Source: Mizuhopecten yessoensis
Taxonomy: Eukaryota
Assembly: GCF_002113885.1 (NCBI RefSeq)
Contig: NW_018405607.1
Coordinates: 117,329 to 181,328, forward strand
DNA length: 64,000 bases
Direction: 5' to 3'
Part shown: positions 49,801 through 61,600 of the stretch, in pieces
How positions within the stretch are numbered: the first letter of the stretch is position 1
How the letters are laid out: each line of letters opens with the position of its first letter
Made by a program: the position numbers and the translations under genes
Notes under the pieces: model-generated
Seen by the model: only the letters and a program-made list of their open reading frames with translations
What the model was told of the DNA's origin: nothing
Database searches by the model: none

Positions 49801-50509
49801 TTAATTTAATTTGGATTAACGTCCTATTAACAGCTTAGGTGCTTAGGTAATTTAAAGACTGGATTTCATGCAAGTAATTTAAGCGCTTAATTGGATAGAC
49901 CAAATACCACTTTAGAGTGCTATTTCAATGAAATACCAAGTCGAAGTCACCCAGTTTAGCATTTTACCTTACAGACGTAGCGATTAGCCTAAATGCTAAA
50001 CGTTTAGCAGGTAACTGCAACTATCATTTAGCTTACCCCGGCCTGGGGACGGGACCCATTGTCTTACACATCTCGCTTCATTATGAATATTTCGTTAATA
50101 AAAGCATAAATGTCCTTTCTTTATGCATTAAAACATTAGCTATATTTTTAGTCATGTTATAAGGAACTACCAAGTTTGTTGGGGTTATAACAAAACAAAA
50201 ACTGTGTGTACGTTTTTGTATAATTATCTGCGAAGTGCACACAGGTTTTGCGGAACATACCATATAAACCCACAATAATTCTTAATTTAAAAAAGACGAA
50301 TTGGAAACTCTTTGTTAAAAGTTAATTGCACTGTAGTTTCAAACCACTGTTATTTTTGTTTGTTTCAGGTGATTTGTTCCGCTGAACAACAAGCTGCAGG
50401 CCAACGGGATTGTACGGATATCTTCGTAAAATGCCGGGAATATAAACAACGCCATGTGTTATAAAACACCACCTCTTGGTTTTCATCAGTTTCAGTTTTA
50501 AGAAAGAGT

Positions 50510-50714
50510 GAAATAATCTATTTCATTGCCTGATGTCGTAGATCGTGAGAAATAATCTATTTCATTGCCTGATGTCGTAGATCGTGAGAAATATTCTATT
50601 TCATTGTCTGATGTCGTAAATCGTGAGAAATAATCTATTTCATTGCCTGATGTCGTAGATCGTGAGAAACAATCTATTTAATTGCCTGATATCGTAGATC
50701 GTGAGAAATAATCT
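50510..50714 (+). repeat. 39-bp tandem repeat, about 5.2 copies, immediately upstream of the glycosyltransferase ATG
   Basis: Unit gaaataatctatttcattgcctgatgtcgtagatcgtga recurs every 39 nt. Confidence 0.97.
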
Positions 50715-50720
50715 GGGAAA

Positions 50721-52424
50721 ATGAGGGCAAGTAGATTCAGATGGCGTCGCTTTTTCTTTCTTTCTATTGGTTTGTTTCTTTTGAGTGTCTTCATGTTTTA
50801 TCAGTCCTTGTCGATCGAGGGTGTCACGTGCTTGGACCGGTTTGTCTCGCCGAGGATAACAATGGACCTTGACGATCAATTGGTTGCTGGACACGGCGTA
50901 AGGAAAACAGCTAGCACAATTCGAAAATTTGTAGATAACAAATTAATTTCAAGTTTTGAATCGGATCTAGAGGGAAACATTATTCCTAATAGCATTCATT
51001 ATGTGTGGTGCCATAATCGTAGTCTCCATTTTGAAAATTATCTGAGCATCTTAAGTGCCTGGAAGGTTATGCAACCTGACATTATTGAATTACATACAAA
51101 GTATGATATACATGGTGGGGCGGATAAATATAATTTCTGGCTTGAGGATCTCAAAAAAACTATCCCTGGTTTCGTTGTGAAGGCGATGCCTAACTACAAC
51201 AATGATCCAGCTTGTGGTGTTTGGTATGGTATCGATGTCCTGATGGATCGTGGTGGAATATACTTCAGTGAAAATCTATTTCTGATGCAATCGTTGCGTC
51301 ATTTACGACGCCAAGAGTCATCGGTGGGTGTTACCGATGGTGATTGGACAGTCAGTCACGTGATGTCTGTTGACCATAACCGTCACGCGCTAGTGACTTT
51401 AAAGCAATTGTTGACAATGAAAAATACAGAAGATGCAGACAATATCATTCCAGATCATTATTCTCACTGTGAACAATTAGGAAGCGATTTAACAATTGTA
51501 TACGAAAATACGACATGTATTGAAATACCAGCTTTATATCCAAAGGATATTATGTATTCAAACACTTCATTTGCATATAATGTTAGGCTAATACTTTATG
51601 GTGAATCGGCAATTGTTGCACCTAAGGCAAATCTGCCAGGTGTAATACCAAAAATCATTCACCTTGTTTGGTTCAACAGAAAAACCATGGATTTTATGAT
51701 GTATCTAAGCTTACGGAGTGCTCTTACATTTTTGAAACCAGATAAAGTATATATCCATGGCGACAAACTACTGGAAGGAAGATACATGGACAAATTCAAA
51801 AAGGATCCAAGGATTATTATGGTTTATAGGGAAGTTCCGAGATATGTTTTCGGAAAAGATGTGCTTTATACACAGCACAAAAGTGATATAATACGAGCAG
51901 ATGTTTTGTTAAAATACGGTGGGATCTATATGGATTGGGACGTTCTCTGGCTTCGTCCTATCGACGATCTGATTCAAACCGGATATGACGCCATAGTCAA
52001 CTTTGATCACATGCCATGGCCTGATTTTCCAGATGCGTTCAATTTGGGCGTTCTTATGGCAAAGCCGGGGTCAGAGTTTATCAAAAGATGGCAAGCGGCC
52101 TTAGTGGATTACAGATCGTGGGATTTCTTTTACAACGCCATTTTGTTGCCTTACAAGATATACGAACGCCATCCTCACAGTGTACACATAGAGAAACACT
52201 TACAAGTCATGTGTTATCAACTTAAGTGTCATCCTACATTTCAACCCGGATACAAGAATTTCAACCGCGAGCAGGACTTTAATTGGAAGATGGATACTTA
52301 CTCCGTCCACTTCACATTTCCGGACCCACCAGCCTTGACCAACGCCTCCACGCTACGAAAAAGTCACGGAATGTTTGCAGACATTGGCCAATACATCCTA
52401 GACCAGCCTTATGAGTTTGATTAA
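50721..52424 (+). CDS. Type II membrane glycosyltransferase, GT32 / alpha-1,4-GlcNAc/Gal-transferase (A4GNT/A4GALT)-like, two tandem domains
   Basis: 567-aa ORF. Basic cytoplasmic tail followed by a TM helix (FFFLSIGLFLLSVFMFY). Motifs IPKIIHLVW, HKSDIIRADVLLKYGGIYMDWDV (DxD) and NLGVLMAKPGSEFIKRW. An acceptor tttgtttcag at 50368 suggests a spliced 5' UTR. Confidence 0.92.
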   Translation: MRASRFRWRRFFFLSIGLFLLSVFMFYQSLSIEGVTCLDRFVSPRITMDLDDQLVAGHGVRKTASTIRKFVDNKLISSFESDLEGNIIPNSIHYVWCHNRSLHFENYLSILSAWKVMQPDIIELHTKYDIHGGADKYNFWLEDLKKTIPGFVVKAMPNYNNDPACGVWYGIDVLMDRGGIYFSENLFLMQSLRHLRRQESSVGVTDGDWTVSHVMSVDHNRHALVTLKQLLTMKNTEDADNIIPDHYSHCEQLGSDLTIVYENTTCIEIPALYPKDIMYSNTSFAYNVRLILYGESAIVAPKANLPGVIPKIIHLVWFNRKTMDFMMYLSLRSALTFLKPDKVYIHGDKLLEGRYMDKFKKDPRIIMVYREVPRYVFGKDVLYTQHKSDIIRADVLLKYGGIYMDWDVLWLRPIDDLIQTGYDAIVNFDHMPWPDFPDAFNLGVLMAKPGSEFIKRWQAALVDYRSWDFFYNAILLPYKIYERHPHSVHIEKHLQVMCYQLKCHPTFQPGYKNFNREQDFNWKMDTYSVHFTFPDPPALTNASTLRKSHGMFADIGQYILDQPYEFD

Positions 52425-54409
52425 AAACACGCTTCATCCGGATTTTTTGTTTTCCCCGATGTCGGTGTTTTGATGGCAATCATATATTGTTTGAGATTAT
52501 TTTTGAACTTTGTATTTCCGAACATATTCTATCACATGACTATAGTGTTATTTAGTGCATACACATATGTCTTATGTTTGCGTGTGTACCTATCTGATAT
52601 AACCCATTGTAATGTTGTCAAATTATAATTAAATTATACACCGAGAGTCACATACTCCCGGTGTATATAATGGCGTCACAATGCAAACGATAGCTGCTCT
52701 TGTGATAAAAAAAAATGGCCTTTAATTCTTTATTTTAGACAAAGAATCTCCAGAGCTTGATTCTTGAATACCTGGAGGTTCAATATTTCCTTGTCAAATG
52801 CTATTTAAAATGACGTCATTCAATTGTTTTCATTATGACGTCGTATGCACGTGTAGCTTGTCTCGTCATCACTTGTTTGGCACATCTGGCGACCAGGCCA
52901 GCAGTGGTAATTGCACGTTCAATCTGAATAATGCATCAATTATTGTAAACTTTCTTAGTTAGATTGCCTTTGAGGTGCTACATTTTTTTGTATATACGGA
53001 GTGATTTAATTTTTATGCACATGATGTATGAACCATGTATATATTATTATTATGATATTTACATTTTTGAAAAAAATACAACGAATACTCATTTCACCGG
53101 TATTTTTCACATGTGGGAAACGCAATATAATGATGACTTTTTATTAAAGTTTTGTTTCCAGTGTTTCCAGTGTTTCCAGACAGTAACTATAAAAGGACTC
53201 TCCGAAAACAATTGCATTTGGAGTTTGAATTATGGTCCAATAATGAAGGTGTTTTCTGAACAAATGTACCCTCCAGAGCCGACCTCACTTTAAAGCTACA
53301 GTAGAAAAATATAAGCGAATATACATATTATTTTAGTCAATCAGTTCTCATAATACTGCTTCCGGTGCAAGATAAACGTAACACATGCATAGGTAATTGC
53401 ACCGAAACAAATTTGGTCAAAACCACAATATGCGAAAAATGAAATACAGAATTGTACACTACATCATACAGCTGTTTTGTCCTTCCAGGTTAATAAAACC
53501 ACTTATTCTTAAGAATTTCAAAATTTTGAAAGTATAGGTTAATTTGAAGCAGAAGAATACTGTCATAATATATTTATTGTATTGGGAAATTATAGTTATA
53601 GTGAAATCTCGTTTGTATGCCACCTAGTCCCTTATTGCCAGCATTTTACAAGGTCCCCGCTACTTTTCATCTGAACGATTCCCCTTAAAAGCTTCCCTCA
53701 ATATAGCGCCACACCTCTTAATAAGCTTAAAAAACAAATGACGCAATTGTTGAAAACTCCATTACTTTAAAAATCAGAAACATTCTGAAAGATTTCAGCT
53801 ATTTTGGTACTTCGTCTCTTTAGAATTCCTTGTTGATATACACAAGTACTCGATCCTTAAGTATAAGGATAAAAAAGTCGAAAATAAAATAAAATATAGT
53901 CAAGCTAACAAGACATTGAACATTCGGTTCCTGACAGTTAATTTGTATTGAAATGTTACTGTATTGATTGCTGTATTGATTATAACTTTGCTATTCCGCT
54001 TGTATCAAAGTTAGTTCGGGATTCCTTGGGCTTTTTTTAATTGATATTTATATGCATTTATAGATTATACAGTCTGCATATTGTCAAAACTTCTTGTTTC
54101 GATTTGTTTATTTACTGGATAAAGTCGAAATGATTTCAAGGTATAAATTCACGTATATCATATTTGTCATAATCAGTCATATAATGAAGAAATACAGTAT
54201 TCCTCAAGCTCTTTGTTGTCTGTTATCATTCAAACCATTGTTTCTACCAATTTTGAGGGTTTTCCTAAATGTAATAATATGTACACTGCAGCATTCATAA
54301 ATTGCAATAACATGATGGCATATATGACACAGTAACAAATACAAAAAACAACTTATTATTTTAATTTAGACGCATCGTTCAAAAGGGCTATTTGGCATAA
54401 CAATAAAAA

Positions 54410-57400
54410 TCAGTATAGACCTTTCGACTGTAGCTTATCTCATTAAAGACATTTCGACCATAATTTACCTTAGTGTAGACATTTCGACCGAAGATTATCT
54501 TAGTGTAGACATTTCGACCGTAGCTTACCTCATAATAGACATTTCGACCGTAGCTTTCCTCACAATAAACATTTCGACCGTAGCTTTCCTCGTTATAGAC
54601 ATTTCGACCGTAGCTTATAAGTATCTCAGTATAGACATTTTGACCCTAGATCACCTCAGTATAGACAATTCCACCGTAGCTTACCTCAGTGTAGTCGCGA
54701 TCATTTCGACCGTACAATGTAGCTTACCACAGTATAGACAATTCCACCGTAGCTTACCTCAGTGTAGACATTTCGACCGTAGCTTACCTCAGTCTAGACA
54801 TTTTGACCGTAGCTGACCTCAGTATAGACATTTCGATCCTAGATCACCTCAGTATAGACAATTCCACCGTAGCTAACCTCAGTGTTGTCTTTTCGACCGT
54901 AGCTTACCTCAGTATAGACATTTCGACCGCAGCTTACCCTAATGTAGACATTTCGACCGTAGCTTACCTCAGTGTAGACATTTCGACTGTAGCTTACATC
55001 AGTGTTGACATTTTGACCGAAGCTTAACTTAGTATAGCAGTTCGACCGTTGCTTACCTCAACATAGACATTTCGACAGCAGCTTACCTCAGTATAGAGAC
55101 ATTTCGGCAGTAGCTGACCTCAGTATAGGGACATTTCGACCTAGCTTACCTCAGCAAAGTGACATTTCGACCTTAGCTTATCTAAGCATTGTGATATTTC
55201 GACTGTAGCTTATCTTAGTATTGTCACATTTCGACTGTAGCTGACCACAGTATACTGACATTTCGACCTAGCTTACCTCAGCATAGTGAAATTTCGACCC
55301 TAGCTTACCTCATCATAGTGACATTCCGATCGTAGTTAACCTGAACAGCTTAGTGAAATTTCGACCCCAGCTTATCTTGACATAGTGACATTTTGCCCCT
55401 AGCTTACCTCAGCATAGTGACATTTCAACCCTACCTTACCGTAGCATTGTGACATTTCGACTGTAGCTGACCACAGTATAGTGACATTACGACCTAGCTT
55501 ACATCAGCATAGTGACATTTCGACCGTAGCTTATCTTAGTATTGTCACATTTCGACTGTAGCTGACCCCAGTATAGTGACATTACGACCTAGCTTACATC
55601 AGCATAGTGATATTTCGACCGTAGCTTATCTTAGTATTGTCACATTTCGCCTGTAGCTGACCCCAGTATAGTGACATTACGACCTAGCTTACCTCGGCAT
55701 AGTGAAATTTCGACCCTAGCTTACCTCATCATATTGACATTCCGATCGTAGTTAACCTGAACAGCTTAGTGAAATTTCGACCCCAGTTTATCTTGACATA
55801 GTGACATTTTGAACCTAGCTTACCTCAGCATAGTGACATTTCGACCCTAGCTTAGCTCAGCATAGTGACATTTTGATCGTAGCTGATCATAACATAGCAA
55901 CATTTCGACGCTAGCTTACCTCAGCATAGTGTCATTTCGACCCCAGCCTATCTTGACATAGCGACATTTCGACCCTAGCTTTACCTCAGCATAGTGTCAT
56001 TTCGACCGTGTATAGCTAATTACCTCGGTATGTAGACATTACGACCATATATAACAAAGTAAGAAATCAGTTTGACCCTTTATTATCCTAGTAGGTAGAC
56101 AATTCGACCATAACTTGACATAGTGACATTTTGACCCTAGCTTACCTCAGCATAGTGACATTTCAACCCCACCTTACCGTAGCATTGTGACATTTCGACT
56201 GTAGCAGACCACAGTATAGTGACATTACGACCTAGTTTACATCAGCATAGTGACATTTCGACCGTAGCTTATGTTAGTATTGTCACATTTCGACTGTAGC
56301 TGACCCCAGTATAGTGACATTACGACCTAGCTTACCTCGGCATAGTGAAATTTCGACCCTAGCTTACCTCATCATAGTGACATTCCGATCGTAGTTAACC
56401 TGAACAGCTTGGTGAAATTTCGACCCCAGCTTATCTTGACATAGTGACATTTTGACCCTAGCTTACCTCAGCATAGTGACATTTCTACCCTACCTTACCG
56501 TAGCATTGTGACATTTCAACTGTAGCTGACCACAGTATAATGACATTACGACCTAGCTTACCTCAGCATAGTTAAATTTCGACCCTAGCTTACCTCATCA
56601 TAGTGTCATTCCGATCGTAGTTAACCTGAACAGCTTAGTGAAATTTCGACCCCAGTTTATCTTGACATAGTGACATTTTGAACCTAGCTTACCTCAGCAT
56701 AGTGACATTTCAACCCCACCTTACCGTAGCATTGTGACATTTCGACTGTAGATGACCACAGTATAGTGACATTACGACCTAGTTTACATCAGCATAGTGA
56801 CATTTCGACCGTAGCTTATGTTAGTATTGTCACATTTCGACTGTAGCTGACCACAGTCTAGTGACATTACGACCTAGCTTACCTCAGCATAGTGAAATTT
56901 CGACCCTAGCTTACCTCATCATATTGACATTCCGATCGTAGTTAACCTGAACAGCTTAGTGAAATTTCGACCCCAGATTATCTTGACATAGTGACATTTT
57001 GACCCTAGCTTCCCTCAGCATAGTGACATTTCAACCCTTCCTTACCGTAGCATTGTGACATTTCGACTGTAGCAGACCACAGTATAGTGACATTACGACC
57101 TAGCTTACATCAGCATAGTGACATTTCGACCGTAGCTTATCTTAGTATTGTCACATTTCGCCTGTAGCTGACCCCAGTATAGTGACATTACGACCTAGCT
57201 TACCTCGGCATAGTGAAATTTCGACCCTAGCTTACCTCATCATAGTGTCATTCCGATCGTAGTTAACCTGAACAGCTTAGTGAAATTTCGACCCCAGATT
57301 ATCTTGACATAGTGACATTTTGACCCTAGCTTACCTCAGCATAGTGACATTTCGACCCTAGCTTAGCTCAGCATAGTGACATTTTGATCGTAGCTGATCA

Positions 57401-57640
57401 TAACATAGCAACATTTCGACCCTAGCTTACCTCAGCATAGTGTCATTTCGACCCCAGCCTATCTTGACATAGCGACATTTCGACCCTAGCTTTACCTCAG
57501 CATAGTGTCATTTCGACCGTGTATAGCTAATTACCTCGGTATGTAGACATTACGACCATATATAACAAAGTAAGAAATCAGTTTGACCCTTTATTATCCT
57601 AGTAGGTAGACAATTCGACCATAAGATACCTCAATATAAT
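54410..57640. repeat. 3.2-kb satellite with 30/32-bp monomer and higher-order repeats
   Basis: Left part gacatttcgaccgtagcttacctcagtata (30 bp). Right part gacatttcgaccctagcttacctcagcatagt (32 bp). Confidence 0.98.
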
Positions 57641-58769
57641 GGCAATTCATTGAAAGTTATGCTTTACCTCAAATAATCTGACCGTATATTACCCCATTTA
57701 AGAGACTACTCAACATTTGACCGTACGGAGGCAATCCGGCCAAATATTAGATTCAATCGTAAGTTACCTCAGTATGGAATGTAATAAGAATTTAAAACAG
57801 AATAGCAAATCCAGTATCAAAAGACTAGATATAATTGTGTTTTATCTGTGCACTGGTACAGGTTACAAATCATATTGTTGAATGCAATTTTGATATAAAA
57901 ATCGATATTTCCCGTCTCATGTCAATTTGTAATTACCAAAAGGAATCTCTCAAATTAACGAAACTGGTTTCAATTTCGCTGTAGCACGTGCAGGGTTATA
58001 TGGTTAATACAAGACATGTTATACACCCGAGCATTATGAACAGAATTTCATAAAATCTGAATTGCGGTGCAATTACAAAATCGGCTATAACCTCATAAAC
58101 ATTGTGCTAAATCGACTCATATAACTTCTACACCAAAGCCAACGTGTACGATAAAAGACACGCCAGTGTGACTACAGTGGAGGTAACACAAATATCTGAG
58201 AACCTACTGGCATGTTTTTTGGACCTGACAAGCGTTCACCGATAAAGTAGGTACAATATGACGATACAAGCGTGCGCAAAACTGTGCGATAGCTATCGCG
58301 CAGTTGTTCGATAGGTATCCTGGTTGATATATATCAAAGAATGACATGTGAATGAATACGAATTTCTTACATTAATGGACACATCACTTACCGAAATTGT
58401 CTTCTTCCATCAACTCTTTTCTTTGTTCTCCAACAGTGTGGAAAACGATTACACCTCGCTTACATTTACTGGTATATCACTTATAATGTCTCTGACCATT
58501 CCTCATTTAAGACGCAACCGGCATCCTTTTGCTGAAATCAAAATTGATATTTTGTCACATTCTAATGAAGGTTCGGGTTTTGGATGGTGACATGCTTTGC
58601 AACAAAAAATCAATTTGGACAAAAGTATAAAGTTTATTTTTATCATAGCATGTATTTACAGTTTGAGTCTAAACTAAGCTGAGTGGTTACGTGAGTTAAA
58701 TTTACACGGAGTTAAAACAACGGTTTTTGCTGTGACCTGATCAGGGATTCTTACTAATCAAGCTAAAAC

Positions 58770-58945
58770 TATTTGGTAAGGACAGTTGACAGCGGAGTTC
58801 GATTCCTCGAGCAGACATAAACAGATTTTGTCACCTGCCCGAACACGTGATTTTTCTCCGGTTTCCTCCCCATTAATACAAGACCGCGTTTGCGCTAATA
58901 TCCGCGCCAAGGAAATGATTAATATAAATTGAATAACTTTTACAA
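58770..58945 (+). mobile_element. V-domain-like SINE
   Basis: B box gagttcgattcc and ttttctccggtttcctccca. Confidence 0.55.
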
Positions 58946-60888
58946 TTGTTGTAATATATATATAGTTTACACTATGTATTAAGTTATCGATCGGTTTTGT
59001 AAGTGGATCCTTGGAATGGTGTAGAGTCGATGATTTACCGCTGTTGCAAAGAGAAATGAATCTTTGGATATGTTCTAGCAAATCGATACATTCAAAATAT
59101 ATTTCATGGCCGTATCTGTTTTGATGTAGCTTATTGCACAAATCGTAATTCTACACGATACTGCGTTAGCTTAGACATATTTATCATACACCTTTACATG
59201 TAACTTATACGAAACCGTCACTGTGAAAGGTATTTCGCACACAAGGTCTTTCAATATACTGAAACTAAAATAAAACATTTGCTCTGCCAGTTACTACAAA
59301 ATTGTTTACAAGTAATGAGAACATGTATAAACTCTGTTACTTGTAGGAAATGGAAAATTATTAGTTCTACAGAGCCGAATATAATTACCTTATCCATCGG
59401 TTGTCTTAATATCGAGACGCTACTTGTTATTTTGATCTTTCCTTTTCCTTTTGTTTATACATCTGAATTCGCTCTTGCTACTCGCGTATAATTAAATAGT
59501 TATCTACTGCGATGTCATGAACTACGTCATTGAGACATTGAGAAATTATCTCGGTGTTTTGGTGAAAGGAGAGTGCGCTATCCACTGCACCACCCTATCG
59601 CTCTGTTCTAATAGTATGTTTAAAACTTGAATCAAGCCGTCTGCATAATAGAAACACCCATACATTCACAATTGTCATTATTATAAATTTACATCAAGTA
59701 GATCACAAAGTAGATAATGACGAAGGACCTGTAGCACCGTAAGAACATGTCACCTACACTTATGAACAAGTTGCAAGATTTTAACTTATTTTGACGTCTG
59801 CCTAGCAGCTTAGCCATATGAAAACAGATTCAAATGTAGACACAGCCGGAAACAAAAGAGTAGGTAACAGAGGTTCAACAGTTTCGATTGGGGGACAGCA
59901 GATCAAGTTTGGCTTGTTCAATTTAAGCAAAAGACACCAAAGAAAACCACTGATACTGCAGGCAGCACCACATTAGATGCCTCATTTGTTTAATTCTCGA
60001 CATTAAATGAAAAGAGTATCTAGAAATATTCCATATCTAACTTTAAAGTGAAAATTATCAGCTATAAAAAAGTACTGTGTTATATATTTATAAAGACACT
60101 GGCTTCCATAGACAGGTAATACTTCTCCGATGAAAACAAATGTGCAGACACAAACACTCTGTATTGTAACATCACAATAAGAAAATTATAAGGGCTATGG
60201 TCTCGTTACAGTTGTGAATACTCATAATTGGTAAGAATAAAACCAGCGGTGTTTTTTTTCGTCACAGTAGAAAAAATCACCATTATTTTTTCTGTAAACC
60301 TTATGTTTTACTGTTGGAAATGTACATCTGTAAGTAAGTAAATAGTTTGTGTCATGTTGAGTTGACGCTCAGTTATGTTGTTTTGTTTTCACTTTAAATT
60401 GATATTGTCATAACCACATGACACCAAGTGTGTGCTGACGTCACGAGAACAGAGGCTGATCAACAAAGTCCCAGTCTATGACGTTTCGGGAGTAGGGACA
60501 TCTTATACACTAATAAAACGGAATTGACACACAATTCAAGTATGGGGGAAAATCTACTATAACGGAAATCGCCAATTACAGAGGACCTACATACAGTTTG
60601 AACGTCACTATTGGTGCGCACTAAACATAGGCTGTGATGACTCACTGGTTTTGTTTGTTTGGGGTTAAACGTCCTCGCAACAGAAAGGGTCATATATGCG
60701 GACGGGTGCCTAGGAGACACCACCGGAAGGGAAAAAAAAGATAGAAACAAAAATATACAAGAAATTGCGAAAATGAAAAAGAAAAGTGTTTCATTGGGAG
60801 CGTCTAATCGACTTTGGTCTCTTTAATGTCCACTTAGTAGAAACCTCCGATCAGGCAGTGGGATACAGCAGGTCTATTCAGGTATAAT

Positions 60889-61200
60889 TGTAATTGACAT
60901 ACTATACAGTCGGTCATCTGGACCCGTATTCATGAAACCGTTCTCATGCTGAAGCCGAAATTCTGTGTAATTGACATACTATACAGTCGGCCATCTGGAC
61001 CCGTAGTCATGAAACCGCTCTCAACCTGAAGCCAAGATTCTGTGTAATTGACATACTATACAGTCGGTCATCTGGACCCGTAGTCATGAAACCGCTTCCA
61101 TGCTGAAGCCAAGATTCTCTGTAATTGACATACTATATAGTCGGCCATCTGGACCCGTATTCATGAACCCGTTCTCATGCTGAAGCCAAGATTCTGTGTA
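60889..61200. repeat. 77-bp tandem repeat x4 made of flank plus MITE left TIR
   Basis: taattgacatac at 60891, 60968, 61045 and 61122. Each unit contains ctggacccgtattcatgaaaccgttctcatgct, as at 7121. Confidence 0.92.
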
Positions 61201-61449
61201 CAAACCCAATTACTTTTGCCAGTGATAAATTGAGAAGAAGAAATATGATTTTTGTGGGTGTAATGTAAGAAATTTGGAAACACTTTGATACTGTTTTCAA
61301 TGTTTACACTTGACTTTTTGACCTTGTTACATGATTTTATGAGAGTTTCAAGCACAAATCGGGGCAAAATGACCGGATTAAAACTGCTTCACCCATGGCA
61401 ACGTTTTTAGAATTTAGGAAACAAAAAAGATCCGAAATGTTGCAATGGA

Positions 61450-61600
61450 GACAGCAGATCAATTCTGGTCCCTTCCATTTCCCCTTTATAGAAGACACGG
61501 ACGAAAAACCCCGATTATTTAAATAGGCCCCACATAAGTCGCCTCTTACGATCATGCCGTGGGTGCAGCAGGCCTATTCTATTCCCATACAGAACGGGTT
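61450..61600 (+). mobile_element. Retroposon 3' fragment. Relatives at about 35985-36090, 48590-48655, 60820-60880, 61750-61895
   Basis: Shared ccccacataagtcgcctcttacgatcatgc..tggg..cagcagg.ctattct. Confidence 0.6.

Noticed and set aside
54410-57640. CRISPR-like array of ~30-bp repeats
   Set aside because: Head-to-tail monomers with no unique spacers, no cas genes, and a eukaryotic context. The same applies to 23180-24181 and 1505-1801.
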